DNA of 64,000 nucleotides from Candidatus Latescibacterota bacterium (GTDB lineage Bacteria; Latescibacterota; Latescibacteria; Latescibacterales; Latescibacteraceae): NCBI GenBank assembly GCA_016927495.1, contig JAFGMP010000040.1, positions 3,585 to 67,584 of the forward strand, read 5' to 3'. Shown piece by piece: positions 19,087 to 28,726 of this stretch (position 1 is its first letter; each line of letters starts with the position of its first letter). The notes under the pieces were generated by a model. It saw only the letters and a program-made list of their open reading frames with translations, ran no database searches and was not told where the DNA came from. The position numbers and the translations under genes were made by a program.

Positions 19087-21525
19087 ATGGAAGATTTCGA
19101 TAACATAGTTGAAGGTTTGAATTTAAAAGATTTTATGAATTTTGGCAAAACCTTCCTAAAAAAGGAAGATGTTCTCTCTAAAATTGAAGCCGGAGAATCT
19201 TTTGCCGGCGCGAAAATTATGAATATGGACCTTAGCGGCCTGAATCTGAGCGGATTCATACTTGAACGAACCATAATGATTAATGTCAACCTGAAAGGTA
19301 CGAATCTCGAAAACGCACAGTTAAAAAACGCTAATTTCAACGGTGTCGATCTCAGTGATGCTATCCTTTCCGGCGCCAATTTAACCGGTCTTGAAATGAT
19401 TAATACAAAATGCGAGAATATCAGATGCACCGGTGCAAACTGTGCACAAATGAAAGCAAGTATTGAACCTGTTTTCTTGAAAAACCCCATGGATATCAAG
19501 ATACCACCCGCAATTCTTGAGATGGCGAAAACCGATCCATCCCAAATAAAATTCTCAGCATTAAATCTTGAACTCGATGATTTAGGCATTATGGAGTCGG
19601 ACTTTGAACAGGGTGAATGCAGTATGTCCGGCGCTGATTTCTCCCGTGCTGTGCTCACCGGCACAACATTCGACGGTGTGGTTTTAAACGGTGCATTATT
19701 TAACGATACGGAGTTAAGCGACACATCTTTCCTGGGATGCAAACTGAAAAATACCGACTTCACCCGTGCCCATTTTTCAAAGTCTGTTTTCGTATCTTCT
19801 GATATGATAGAGACAAATTTTGCTAATTCGACACTCCAAAACGTCAGATTTACGGAATGCACCTTTGATAACACAGATTTTACTAATTCCGAAATCACCG
19901 GAATAAATATTTCAGGGGCAGATTTATCCACAATATCGAATTTTTCCAAGAATCTTGCAGGATGCGTGTTTACCGGATGCGTTTTACCGGTCATTGATTT
20001 TACGGATGGGAATCTGATAAAGACTGAATTTTCCCGGATGAATTTTGTTCAAATATCGTTTGTAAATGCTAACCTTACCGACGCCAGATTCATTGATACA
20101 GACCTGTCAAAGGCCGACTTTTCCGGTGCAAAACTAAAAGGTAGTGAAATCACCGAATCTACATTGATCGGTATATCACTCAAAAATGCGGATATGTCAC
20201 ATTCTCAAATTACAGATACCGACCTGACACGTTCTGATCTGACAGGAACACTTTTAACATCAGCAAGTTTTTCCGGCGCAAACTTAAAAGATGCACTACT
20301 AACCAAATCCGATCTTTCAGGCGCCAAATTTCAGGATTCCGATTTGACAGGAGCTAATTTACGTGAATCAAATCTCCATGGAGCGATTTTCAATAAATCT
20401 GATTTATCGGCAACCAATCTCTCTGCTTCAAAATTTGTTGACGCCAGGTTTTTGGAAGTTATTTTATCCGATTCGACAATTAGAGAAGCCAATCTCACCG
20501 ATGCAAAAATCCTTAATTCTGATTGCAAAAATGTTGATTTCACCGGCTGCACTCTTCACGGAACTGAGTTCTCAGACTCGAACATGAACGGTGTTATCCT
20601 GAAAAACACAAAACCTAAAGGAAACATTTTTAAGAACTGCAACATGGAGGGGATAGACCTGAGCGGTTCGGATTTAAGCGAAACGGATTTTTCCGGTGTC
20701 AATTTTTCCGGCTCTAATTTAGCAGAATGCGACCTGACCGACGCAAATCTGTTTGACACAATTTTAAAACAGGCTAATTTACATGGTGTAATACTCAAAG
20801 ATACCCTAGCGTCGAATGCTGATTTTTCGGGCGCTGATTGTTCCGAAGCACAATTTGATTACTGCCAGATGGATGGTGGTAAATTTGAAGGAGTTGATCT
20901 GAAAGGGGCAAAACTGAGACAAGCTGATTTGGATGGTATCGATTTTACCGGTGTTATTATCGAAAAAACCGAATTTGAACTATGCAGCATGAAAAATGCA
21001 TGTTTTCATGGAATGGATTTAACATGGTGTAATTTTACAAAATCAGACCTTTCAGGCGCCGATATGAAAGAAACAAACCTGAATAACTCAAATCTTACAC
21101 AGGTTAATTTTACCGGCGCTGATCTTTCCGGCGCTAAGCTACATCACAGCAGATGTTTTGCCACCGGATTTGACAAAAGTATTCTAGATCAAACCGAATT
21201 TCAGCTTTCCGATTTAAGATTTGCATCATTCGTAAACGCAAAGCTGCACAATGCAGATCTGTCCGGAGCAAGGCTGAACCGAGCGCAAATGAAATATGCA
21301 GATTGTTCGGGAACATTATTCCGGAATGCACATATTCACGATACTGATTTTTCCCATGCCAATCTCACTGAAGCTGATTTTTCGGAAGCGGACATCAAAC
21401 AGACCAAATTTCATCGAATTATTGATAAAAACACCGTTTGGAAAGATGCTCATCTTAAACTTGTCACCTATACAGACAAAGATCTCGCTGAAGCAGAAGA
21501 CTGGATACCGCCAAAACCAGGTTGA
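19087..21525 (+). CDS. Large pentapeptide-repeat protein (812 aa)
   Basis: More than 100 pentapeptide repeats follow a short non-repeat N-terminus. The start overlaps the stop of the upstream gene. Confidence 0.85.
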   Translation: MEDFDNIVEGLNLKDFMNFGKTFLKKEDVLSKIEAGESFAGAKIMNMDLSGLNLSGFILERTIMINVNLKGTNLENAQLKNANFNGVDLSDAILSGANLTGLEMINTKCENIRCTGANCAQMKASIEPVFLKNPMDIKIPPAILEMAKTDPSQIKFSALNLELDDLGIMESDFEQGECSMSGADFSRAVLTGTTFDGVVLNGALFNDTELSDTSFLGCKLKNTDFTRAHFSKSVFVSSDMIETNFANSTLQNVRFTECTFDNTDFTNSEITGINISGADLSTISNFSKNLAGCVFTGCVLPVIDFTDGNLIKTEFSRMNFVQISFVNANLTDARFIDTDLSKADFSGAKLKGSEITESTLIGISLKNADMSHSQITDTDLTRSDLTGTLLTSASFSGANLKDALLTKSDLSGAKFQDSDLTGANLRESNLHGAIFNKSDLSATNLSASKFVDARFLEVILSDSTIREANLTDAKILNSDCKNVDFTGCTLHGTEFSDSNMNGVILKNTKPKGNIFKNCNMEGIDLSGSDLSETDFSGVNFSGSNLAECDLTDANLFDTILKQANLHGVILKDTLASNADFSGADCSEAQFDYCQMDGGKFEGVDLKGAKLRQADLDGIDFTGVIIEKTEFELCSMKNACFHGMDLTWCNFTKSDLSGADMKETNLNNSNLTQVNFTGADLSGAKLHHSRCFATGFDKSILDQTEFQLSDLRFASFVNAKLHNADLSGARLNRAQMKYADCSGTLFRNAHIHDTDFSHANLTEADFSEADIKQTKFHRIIDKNTVWKDAHLKLVTYTDKDLAEAEDWIPPKPG

Positions 21526-21563
21526 CAACTAATTCTGTAGATTCTATATAAAGGAGGCATTCC

Positions 21564-22472
21564 ATGATAGATACTCTCGAAAAAGCGTCTGTAATACCGG
21601 GAATAAAATATTTCGGTCCAGCCCGTATCATAAGTGATCAGGAGGAACACGGATATTATCGTATACTGATAAATCGGAATGACGAAGATCACGAATCTTT
21701 TAATACGCTTGCATATGCGGCATTACCCAATACCAGCAAACTGAACCGTGGCGATACCGTGCTTGTTGCCGGTGAAAAGATGCATAATTTTTATATTATA
21801 GGAATACTTCATTCTCAGTGTTCACAACAAAATATTGCCACCTCTCTTGAAACGCAAGATGGTGCTAAAGCTCTGATCAGCGGTCAGCCGGATGAAGAAA
21901 AATTACAATTTTTTTCACAGGACGGTGAATTGATTTTTGAATATAACTCCCGAACAAGAAAAAGCCACATAACTGTTCCATCGGGTGATCTGGATGTTCG
22001 TACTGCCAAAGGAGACATCAATTTTACATCGACACAGGGCATACTGTTTTCTGCAGAAAATCCCATAGAAATGCAAAGTTCCCGGGGTATAAAAATGACT
22101 GTACCGGATAAAAACACCGAGACGGTTTCGTTTGTACAAATACAATCACAACATATCGATTTGGAAAGCTCAAAATTTGGCGTTTCCGCCCAAAAAGGTA
22201 TGTTACAGATAGAAGAAACAGAATACGAAGGATTAGTTTTGGACGTTGCCATGTATTCTGTCAAGTGTGTCATGAAACGATTCGAATCTGTCTCCGACAC
22301 CGTAATTGAAAACATAAAAAACGTTTACAGAAAAGTGAAGGGGCTCACCCAGTTACAAACGGGAAGAATGCGCACCATTGTTGAATCGACCTATCAGCTT
22401 AAAAGCAACAAAACGATTTTGAAAGCTGAAGACGATTTTAAGATTAAGGGTGAAAAAATATATCTTGGATAA
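21564..22472 (+). CDS. Hypothetical protein, DUF3540-like by position in the conserved VgrG-DUF2169-PRP-DUF3540-DUF4150 neighbourhood
   Basis: RBS AAGGAGG, 302 aa, no signal peptide. The family call rests on the recalled conserved gene order only, not on a recognised motif. Confidence 0.4.
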   Translation: MIDTLEKASVIPGIKYFGPARIISDQEEHGYYRILINRNDEDHESFNTLAYAALPNTSKLNRGDTVLVAGEKMHNFYIIGILHSQCSQQNIATSLETQDGAKALISGQPDEEKLQFFSQDGELIFEYNSRTRKSHITVPSGDLDVRTAKGDINFTSTQGILFSAENPIEMQSSRGIKMTVPDKNTETVSFVQIQSQHIDLESSKFGVSAQKGMLQIEETEYEGLVLDVAMYSVKCVMKRFESVSDTVIENIKNVYRKVKGLTQLQTGRMRTIVESTYQLKSNKTILKAEDDFKIKGEKIYLG

Positions 22473-22490
22473 TAAAGGAGAAAATTATAA

Positions 22491-22892
22491 ATGTTTGCAT
22501 CAACAAAAGAAGCCGGAGAGCTTATGGGCGTGCCGGATGTGTGTAAAGTACCTTCACCGGTAGGGCCTATACCGACTCCGTTTCCGAATATGGGTATGTG
22601 TATGATGGCTACGAATTTTTCCATGAAAGTCAAAATTTGTATGAAAGAAGCGTTGACAACAAAATCTGAAATACCCCAGTCAAGTGGTGATGAAGCAGGT
22701 GTGGCAGGCGGCGTGGTTTCAGGGATGATTAAAGGGCCTGTAAAATTTATAAACGGTAGTACTAAAGTGAAATTTGAAGGGAATCCGGCTGTCTTTTTGG
22801 GATCTCCGACAGCTCATAACGGGTCAAACGCCAATGTACCTGCAGGATCCCAGATTTCACCCAGTCAGGTGAAAGTTATGATTATGTCCTGA
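22491..22892 (+). CDS. DUF4150 PAAR-like protein, stand-alone with no fused toxin domain
   Basis: The motifs GVPDVCKVPSP...PIPTPFPNMG...SSGDEAGVAGGVVSG...KVKFEGNPAV...TAHN match the DUF4150 hallmarks (PDVC, PxPYPN, SSGDEAG, terminal HN). RBS AAAGGAG. Confidence 0.75.
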   Translation: MFASTKEAGELMGVPDVCKVPSPVGPIPTPFPNMGMCMMATNFSMKVKICMKEALTTKSEIPQSSGDEAGVAGGVVSGMIKGPVKFINGSTKVKFEGNPAVFLGSPTAHNGSNANVPAGSQISPSQVKVMIMS

Positions 22893-22955
22893 AAAAGAAT
22901 CTGATTCGAAATTATTTGAGATATTTATATTTATAAATATAACATGGGAGAAGTC

Positions 22956-23732
22956 ATGAAAAAAGTATGGATAACAGCTCTCGAACATAATCAGGAACAA
23001 GTGCAAAAAGTTATGGGACTCGCCAGACAGTACGGCCTCGACGGCAATGGCCATTTCTGGGCTGACGACCTGATAAATATGGCCTGGTTGAGTGTCAAAG
23101 ATACTATTGTCTCTAAGGATACTTCTCTCTGGGTACTGATAGGTTCTCAAAAAAGTCTGGAGTCAGATTCCGTACGTCTTGGATTATCATTATTGACAAT
23201 GTCTGTTCAGGCGCAAAAGGGATATGGCTTCCCTCTAATGTTCGTCGATACCGGGGACAGTATTTCCACCGAAAATTGGCCTACGCCGCTTAAGAGTATG
23301 GATACAATTTCGTTTAACAGTCCATCCCTCGGCGCCAAAATGGTTGCGAAAGCAAATACTCCCGTTCCTGAAATTGTTACCGGGTATCGCCTCGACATCC
23401 ATGCCAGTCCTCATATCGGAGTGTGGTTTGAGATTGGCCCGTCGGGAAACACCGCATGGAACGGCGCTTTACTTGGAGCATCAGGCGGTAAAATCGATGC
23501 TCATGGAGTTGGCGATGCCGGCCATTTACCTCAAAAAGCGGTGCTGCGGTATCCGATGAAAGGTCTGAAATTACAGTCAGGAGATAAAGAATACACCGCA
23601 TGGGCCGTACAGAATAAACTGGATGAAAAACACTCGTATTATGTTCGTGTTCAGGATAAACCCGATAGTATAGTTTTCGGGTCGTATGAGTCGGAAGATG
23701 AAGCTTCCGTGCATGTTATTAATCTAATCTAA
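22956..23732 (+). CDS. Hypothetical protein, candidate T6SS cargo effector or accessory protein
   Basis: RBS GGGAGAAG, then ATG at 22956 (MKKVWITALEHNQ...). No signal peptide or TM segment. It lies immediately after the PAAR-like gene. The N-terminal roughly 100 aa show a weak flavodoxin/TIR-like pattern, which is speculative. Confidence 0.5.
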   Translation: MKKVWITALEHNQEQVQKVMGLARQYGLDGNGHFWADDLINMAWLSVKDTIVSKDTSLWVLIGSQKSLESDSVRLGLSLLTMSVQAQKGYGFPLMFVDTGDSISTENWPTPLKSMDTISFNSPSLGAKMVAKANTPVPEIVTGYRLDIHASPHIGVWFEIGPSGNTAWNGALLGASGGKIDAHGVGDAGHLPQKAVLRYPMKGLKLQSGDKEYTAWAVQNKLDEKHSYYVRVQDKPDSIVFGSYESEDEASVHVINLI

Positions 23733-23748
23733 ACTTTTATGGTATGAT

Positions 23749-24165
23749 ATGATTCAGTCCCATACTCTTAAACTAAAAAATGATATCAAAGAATTAAACC
23801 GTCTGCATAACCAACTGGAAAAACTGGCTGCTGACTGGAATATTCCGGGAAAACCGATTTCCCATATCGATTTGGCTCTTGAAGAATTGGTGACGAATAT
23901 TATTAACTATGGTTATGACAAAGGTAATCACATTATCATTATCTCGTTTTCTTTTCAAAACGACGTTTTATCTATACAAATACAGGATTACGGTAAAGCA
24001 TTCAATCCCCTTAATGCACCAAAACCCAATATTGATGATCCGGCGGAAAAACGGGATATCGGCGGTCTGGGCATCTATTTGATGAAGACTTTGATGGATA
24101 GTATCAAATATGAACGTATAAATAATTCGAATATTTTAAAAATGACCAAAAAAATAATACCATAA
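23749..24165 (+). CDS. Anti-sigma regulatory factor-type Ser/Thr protein kinase (RsbW/SpoIIAB-like HATPase_c)
   Basis: 138 aa. LALEELVTNIINYGY...IQIQDYGKAFNP...DIGGLGIYLMKTLMDSIKYER matches the GHKL N-box/G-box layout of RsbW-like kinases. Confidence 0.75.
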   Translation: MIQSHTLKLKNDIKELNRLHNQLEKLAADWNIPGKPISHIDLALEELVTNIINYGYDKGNHIIIISFSFQNDVLSIQIQDYGKAFNPLNAPKPNIDDPAEKRDIGGLGIYLMKTLMDSIKYERINNSNILKMTKKIIP

Positions 24166-24189
24166 TATATTTACCAAAGGAGCACTGTT

Positions 24190-24522
24190 ATGCTGATTGA
24201 TGAAGAAAGAAAGGGGCAGATAGTTATTTTAAAAATACATGGACGTCTGGATTCAACTAATTCCACCGAACTTGATGCTGCAATTGCGAATCTTGTCAAT
24301 CAGAATGAAAAAGCTATTTTGCTTGACTGTCAGCAATTGGACTATGTCAGCAGTGCGGGACTGCGCGTTTTCCTGAAAGCTTTGAAAAGTATGAGTACAA
24401 GCAAGGGAAAACTCCTGCTGTGCTGCCTTAAAGAACCTATTAGAGAAATTTTCGATATTTCCGGATTTTCAGGTATTTTTTCAATCTATGAAACTCAGGA
24501 AAAGGCATTAAGTCGATTTTAA
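24190..24522 (+). CDS. STAS-domain anti-sigma-factor antagonist (SpoIIAA/RsbV-like)
   Basis: 110 aa. ILKIHGRLDSTNSTELDAAIANLVN...ILLDCQQLDYVSSAGLRVFL is a STAS pattern with a conserved Ser (DYVSSAG). RBS AAAGGAG. Confidence 0.8.
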   Translation: MLIDEERKGQIVILKIHGRLDSTNSTELDAAIANLVNQNEKAILLDCQQLDYVSSAGLRVFLKALKSMSTSKGKLLLCCLKEPIREIFDISGFSGIFSIYETQEKALSRF

Positions 24523-24694
24523 TAGCACCGTAAAGATAAATTCTTCCGAGATTATTTATTAATTCAAGTTCTTTTTTTTGGCTGATTCATTAACATAACA
24601 GTAAAAAAATCAACTATTATATATTATATAACCAGTATTAAGGTCATTACATTACGTCCAACGTCCCATTGACAATAAAAAAGGACCTTTCAAA

Positions 24695-26914
24695 ATGAAT
24701 CTAACCTTGAAAAGAAAAATAATCATTCTGACAATTCTGGCAACGAGTATACCTGTATTAATCATGTTTACCCTAACTGTTGATTATCAGGGAATAACCG
24801 CAAACCAGGCCGATGTAAATTTTGACGTTTTAGCAAAAATGAATATTGATCAGATCGCAAAAGATGTATATGGCTTATGTGATACCACTAATGATTTGAT
24901 TCAAAGTAAGGTAAATAATGATTTAAATGTTGCGCGAAGAATTCTTATACAACAAGGTTACGTGAACCTGGGACGGGAAATGGTTACATGGCAAGCCGAA
25001 AACCAGTATACAGGGCAGGATTATACGATTCAACTTCCCAAAATGCTTGTCGGTAATAACTGGCTGGGTAACAGCCGCAACTTCCTGACATCTGTTTCTG
25101 TCGTCGATGATGTCAAAGAACTTGTCGGTGGAACCTGTACCATTTTTCAGCGCATGAACGAAAAGGGTGATATGCTGCGGGTTGCGACGAATGTAGAAAG
25201 TCTTGACAATACCCGTGCTATAGGAACATATATACCGGCGATAAATCCGGACGGAGCACAGAATCCGGTGATTAATTCCGTACTTCACGGCAACACATTC
25301 AGAGGTTTGGCATATGTTGTAAATAACTGGTATATAACAGCTTATGAACCAATTAAAGACAATAACGGAATGGTAATGGGAATGCTTTATGTCGGTGAAA
25401 AGCTTGAATCGGTAGAAACGCTTCGCGAAACAATAATGAAAACGAAAGTCGGTAAAACCGGATATGTTTATGTCATCGGTGCGTTAGGTGAAAGCAAAGG
25501 AACATATATTATCTCAAAAGACGGAATTCGCGATGGAGAAAATATTTGGGACGCAAAGGATGATAACGGCAACTTTTTTATTCAATCAATTGTCAATAAA
25601 GCGCTTAATCTTAAAGACGGTAATCTTGCGTATGAAGAATATCCTTGGAAAAACATAGGAGAACCTGCTGCACGAAATAAAATTGCAGCAATTACATACT
25701 TCGAACCATGGGACTGGGTAATTTGCGCAAGTATGTATGAGGACGATTATCACTTTATAAAAAACCAGTTTGGTGAATTGACCGATAATTTGATTAAAAA
25801 GTTGATTTTGGTCGGTATATGTGTTCTCACTCTGGCAACTCTATCAGCCATTGCTGTCAGTAATCGTATTACAAGACCGTTGGGTTTGATAATAAATCTG
25901 GCAAATAAGATTGCTACCGGAGATTTGCAGAATGCAAAAAATGATTTAGCCGCATTTTCAAAACGTTATCAGTCAAATAAAAAATCGAAATTGTTAATTT
26001 CAGATGCCGATGAGACCTTTCAGTTACTTGATACCTTCAGGACAATGACAGGCAGTCTTGATTCTCTTATAGGGCAGGTTCAACAATCGGGTATTCAGGT
26101 AACAACATCTGCCACAGAAATTTCCGCATCGGTTCAGCAGCTTCAGGCCGCAGTCGTGGAACAGGCCGCCTCAGCAAAACAGGTCTCCGTAACGAGCAAA
26201 CAAATTTCAGCAACCTCCGAACCTCTTGTCCGGACTATGGATGAAGTAAGTGAGACAATATCGGAAACCGAAACAATGGCAGAATCAGGACGTAATGATC
26301 TTAACAATATGGAAACGGTGATTCAGCAACTTATCAAAGCAACTAACTCAATTTCATCAAAACTTTCGGTTATAAACGAAAAAACAAACAAAATATCCAG
26401 TGTCGGCATCACCATTAATAAAATTTCCGATCAGACGCATCTTCTGGCACTTAACGCGGCGATTGAAGCTGAAAAAGCCGGTGAATACGGCAGAGGATTT
26501 GCTGTTGTAGCGCGTGAAATCAATCGTCTTGCAGACCAGACGGCTATTGCTACTCAGGAAATTGAATACATGGTTAAAGAAATGCAGTCGTCCGTATCTT
26601 CCGGCGTGATGGAAATGGACAAGTTTTCTGAGGAAGTACGGATTGGCGTCGAAGCAGTCGCCACAATCGGCGAACAACTCGGGAAAATCATCGACCAGGT
26701 GCGGGCTCTCGGTCCACAGTTCGATACGGTAAAAGAAGGAATGCATGTACAGGATCAGGGTGCTCAGGAAATTAATGATGCCATCAATCAATTATCTGAT
26801 ACGGCTGAACAGATAAAAATGTCGCTCAATGAGTTTAAAATGACAACAGAGCAACTGAATACAGCAGTACAGGGATTACAAAGTGAAGTATCACGTTTCA
26901 AGATAAGTTCTTAA
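24695..26914 (+). CDS. Methyl-accepting chemotaxis protein with a periplasmic Cache-type sensor, HAMP and MCP signalling domains
   Basis: TM1 is at aa 8-28. A roughly 335-aa extracytoplasmic region follows, probably a double Cache. TM2 is [19 protein letters not shown], then a HAMP domain, then the MCP core [42 protein letters not shown]. Confidence 0.85.
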   Translation: MNLTLKRKIIILTILATSIPVLIMFTLTVDYQGITANQADVNFDVLAKMNIDQIAKDVYGLCDTTNDLIQSKVNNDLNVARRILIQQGYVNLGREMVTWQAENQYTGQDYTIQLPKMLVGNNWLGNSRNFLTSVSVVDDVKELVGGTCTIFQRMNEKGDMLRVATNVESLDNTRAIGTYIPAINPDGAQNPVINSVLHGNTFRGLAYVVNNWYITAYEPIKDNNGMVMGMLYVGEKLESVETLRETIMKTKVGKTGYVYVIGALGESKGTYIISKDGIRDGENIWDAKDDNGNFFIQSIVNKALNLKDGNLAYEEYPWKNIGEPAARNKIAAITYFEPWDWVICASMYEDDYHFIKNQFGELTDNLIKKLILVGICVLTLATLSAIAVSNRITRPLGLIINLANKIATGDLQNAKNDLAAFSKRYQSNKKSKLLISDADETFQLLDTFRTMTGSLDSLIGQVQQSGIQVTTSATEISASVQQLQAAVVEQAASAKQVSVTSKQISATSEPLVRTMDEVSETISETETMAESGRNDLNNMETVIQQLIKATNSISSKLSVINEKTNKISSVGITINKISDQTHLLALNAAIEAEKAGEYGRGFAVVAREINRLADQTAIATQEIEYMVKEMQSSVSSGVMEMDKFSEEVRIGVEAVATIGEQLGKIIDQVRALGPQFDTVKEGMHVQDQGAQEINDAINQLSDTAEQIKMSLNEFKMTTEQLNTAVQGLQSEVSRFKISS

Positions 26915-26998
26915 ACACTAATTAGATAGTATAATAATATAAAGTATTACTTTAAAATTAGACGACAGTAGAAATCACAACTATTACCACAGGAAAAT

Positions 26999-27460
26999 AT
27001 GCTTCTTATCCTTTTCAATGCGGGAAATGAACGTTTTGGTATCGATGTTGAACACGTGATTGAAGTTGCTCCTCTGGTCAGATTCAGAAAAGCACCTCAC
27101 ACACCCAATTATGTGGCCGGATTGTTCAATTACCGTGGCACCATTGTTCCGGTTATAGATTTAACGGCTCTTATTGCAAAAAAACCCTCAAAACCATTGT
27201 TAAGTACTCGTATAATTCTGGTAAAGTATGTTTTTTCAAAAGATAGCGAACATATACTGGGCCTAATGGCTGAAAAAGTTATGGAAACGATTACATGCAG
27301 TGAAGATGACTTTCAGCCGCCGGGTATTGACTCCGATACATCACACTACCTTGGGGATGTAATGTATGATACTGATGGTATGATACAAAAGATATCATTT
27401 GAAAAGTTATTTCCCGATTCACTGAAAAAGCTGCTTTTCAAAGACAAAAAGGAAGCATAA
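26999..27460 (+). CDS. cheW: CheW coupling protein
   Basis: 153 aa. FGIDVEHVIEV...VAGLFNYRGTIVPVIDL is a CheW-like domain. Confidence 0.85.
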   Translation: MLLILFNAGNERFGIDVEHVIEVAPLVRFRKAPHTPNYVAGLFNYRGTIVPVIDLTALIAKKPSKPLLSTRIILVKYVFSKDSEHILGLMAEKVMETITCSEDDFQPPGIDSDTSHYLGDVMYDTDGMIQKISFEKLFPDSLKKLLFKDKKEA

Positions 27461-27463
27461 TAA

Positions 27464-28726
27464 ATGATATATGCGGCAATATATGAACTGCTTAAGAATA
27501 CCATCGGCCTTGATGCTGACACTATCGGAAAAAAGAACATTAAATATGCTATAAATTCACGCATGGAGTCTCTGTCATTACAGGACATACGTGTTTATTT
27601 CGAAACTATGCAAAAAAAACCCGGGGAACTGGATCAGTTAATTGAAAAGGTGATAATTCCTGAAACATGGTTTTTCCGGGATGTTGAACCATTTATATTT
27701 CTACAAAAGTATATTGAGAATAGCTGGCTCCCTGCTAAACAGACTCAAGCATTACGGGTTTTAAGTATCCCCTGCTCTACCGGCGAAGAACCGTATTCAA
27801 TTGCAATGACACTTTTGGAAACCGGAATGTCATCCCCGCAAATACATATAGATGCGGCAGATATCAGTAAAAACGGATTGGAAACCGCACGGCTTGCTGT
27901 TTATGGAAAAAGGTCATTTCGGGGAAAAGGTGTTGAGTATCAGAGCCGGTATTATCGAGAAACTGATAACGGCAGTATTATTGATCCGCAAGTTTCCGGA
28001 TTAGTACATTTTCATTATGATAACGTGGTAAAACCATCGTTTTTAAAAAGTCAGAAACCTTATCATATTATATTTTGCCGTAACCTTATGATTTACCTTA
28101 CTGAGGATGCGCGGAAAAAAGTTTTTGATAATCTGGATCAGTTACTTGTTCCAGAAGGTATTTTGTTTACCGGGCATTCGGAATTATTGCTCCTCCATCA
28201 CTTTGGCTATACCATGGTGAAACATCCCAGATCTTTTGCATGTCAAAAAATTCAAGTTAATATTCGATCCGCAGTCCCCAATATTAGAAAAAAAATCAGA
28301 TGTAAAAAAAAACGTATGATTCATCAGCCAGTGAAATTTTCACATACATCTATTGAAAATACTCCAAAACCAGCTAAAAATATTCAGGAGAAAACAGATA
28401 CTGTACTGTCCTCAATACGCTCTCTTGCGGACCGTGGAGAGTTGAAAGAAGCATTTGTGCTTTGTAATAAAGTATTGAAAGAAAAGAATCCGACTGCTGA
28501 AGTTTTTTTTCTGATGGGATTAATTAGTTCCGAATTAAACGAACCGGAAAAAGCTGAAGAATATTTCAATAAAGCTTTATATTTAGATCCGTTCCATTAC
28601 GAGACCATTATACATTTCAGTCTTCTTTATGAACATATAGGTGATATGGCTAAAAGTATGTTATTCAAAGAACGCGCACAACGGCTTTATAATAATAGTA
28701 AAAAAACAGTGCGGACATTGGTATGA
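27464..28726 (+). CDS. cheR: CheR methyltransferase with a C-terminal TPR region
   Basis: ETWFFRDVEPFIFL, LRVLSIPCSTGEEPYSIAMTL and FCRNLMIYL are CheR SAM-methyltransferase motifs. The C-terminal EAFVLCNKVLKEKNPTAEVFFLMGLI...YFNKALYLDP is TPR-like. Confidence 0.85.
   Translation: MIYAAIYELLKNTIGLDADTIGKKNIKYAINSRMESLSLQDIRVYFETMQKKPGELDQLIEKVIIPETWFFRDVEPFIFLQKYIENSWLPAKQTQALRVLSIPCSTGEEPYSIAMTLLETGMSSPQIHIDAADISKNGLETARLAVYGKRSFRGKGVEYQSRYYRETDNGSIIDPQVSGLVHFHYDNVVKPSFLKSQKPYHIIFCRNLMIYLTEDARKKVFDNLDQLLVPEGILFTGHSELLLLHHFGYTMVKHPRSFACQKIQVNIRSAVPNIRKKIRCKKKRMIHQPVKFSHTSIENTPKPAKNIQEKTDTVLSSIRSLADRGELKEAFVLCNKVLKEKNPTAEVFFLMGLISSELNEPEKAEEYFNKALYLDPFHYETIIHFSLLYEHIGDMAKSMLFKERAQRLYNNSKKTVRTLV

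Noticed and set aside
18753-19994. A 413-aa ORF on the minus strand, plus several 60-160-aa minus-strand ORFs across 18.2-21.5 kb
   Set aside because: They lie antisense to the pentapeptide-repeat genes. The 15-nt periodicity of those repeats keeps the reverse frames open, and the translations are low-complexity (S/A/F/K-rich) with no RBS or recognisable family.
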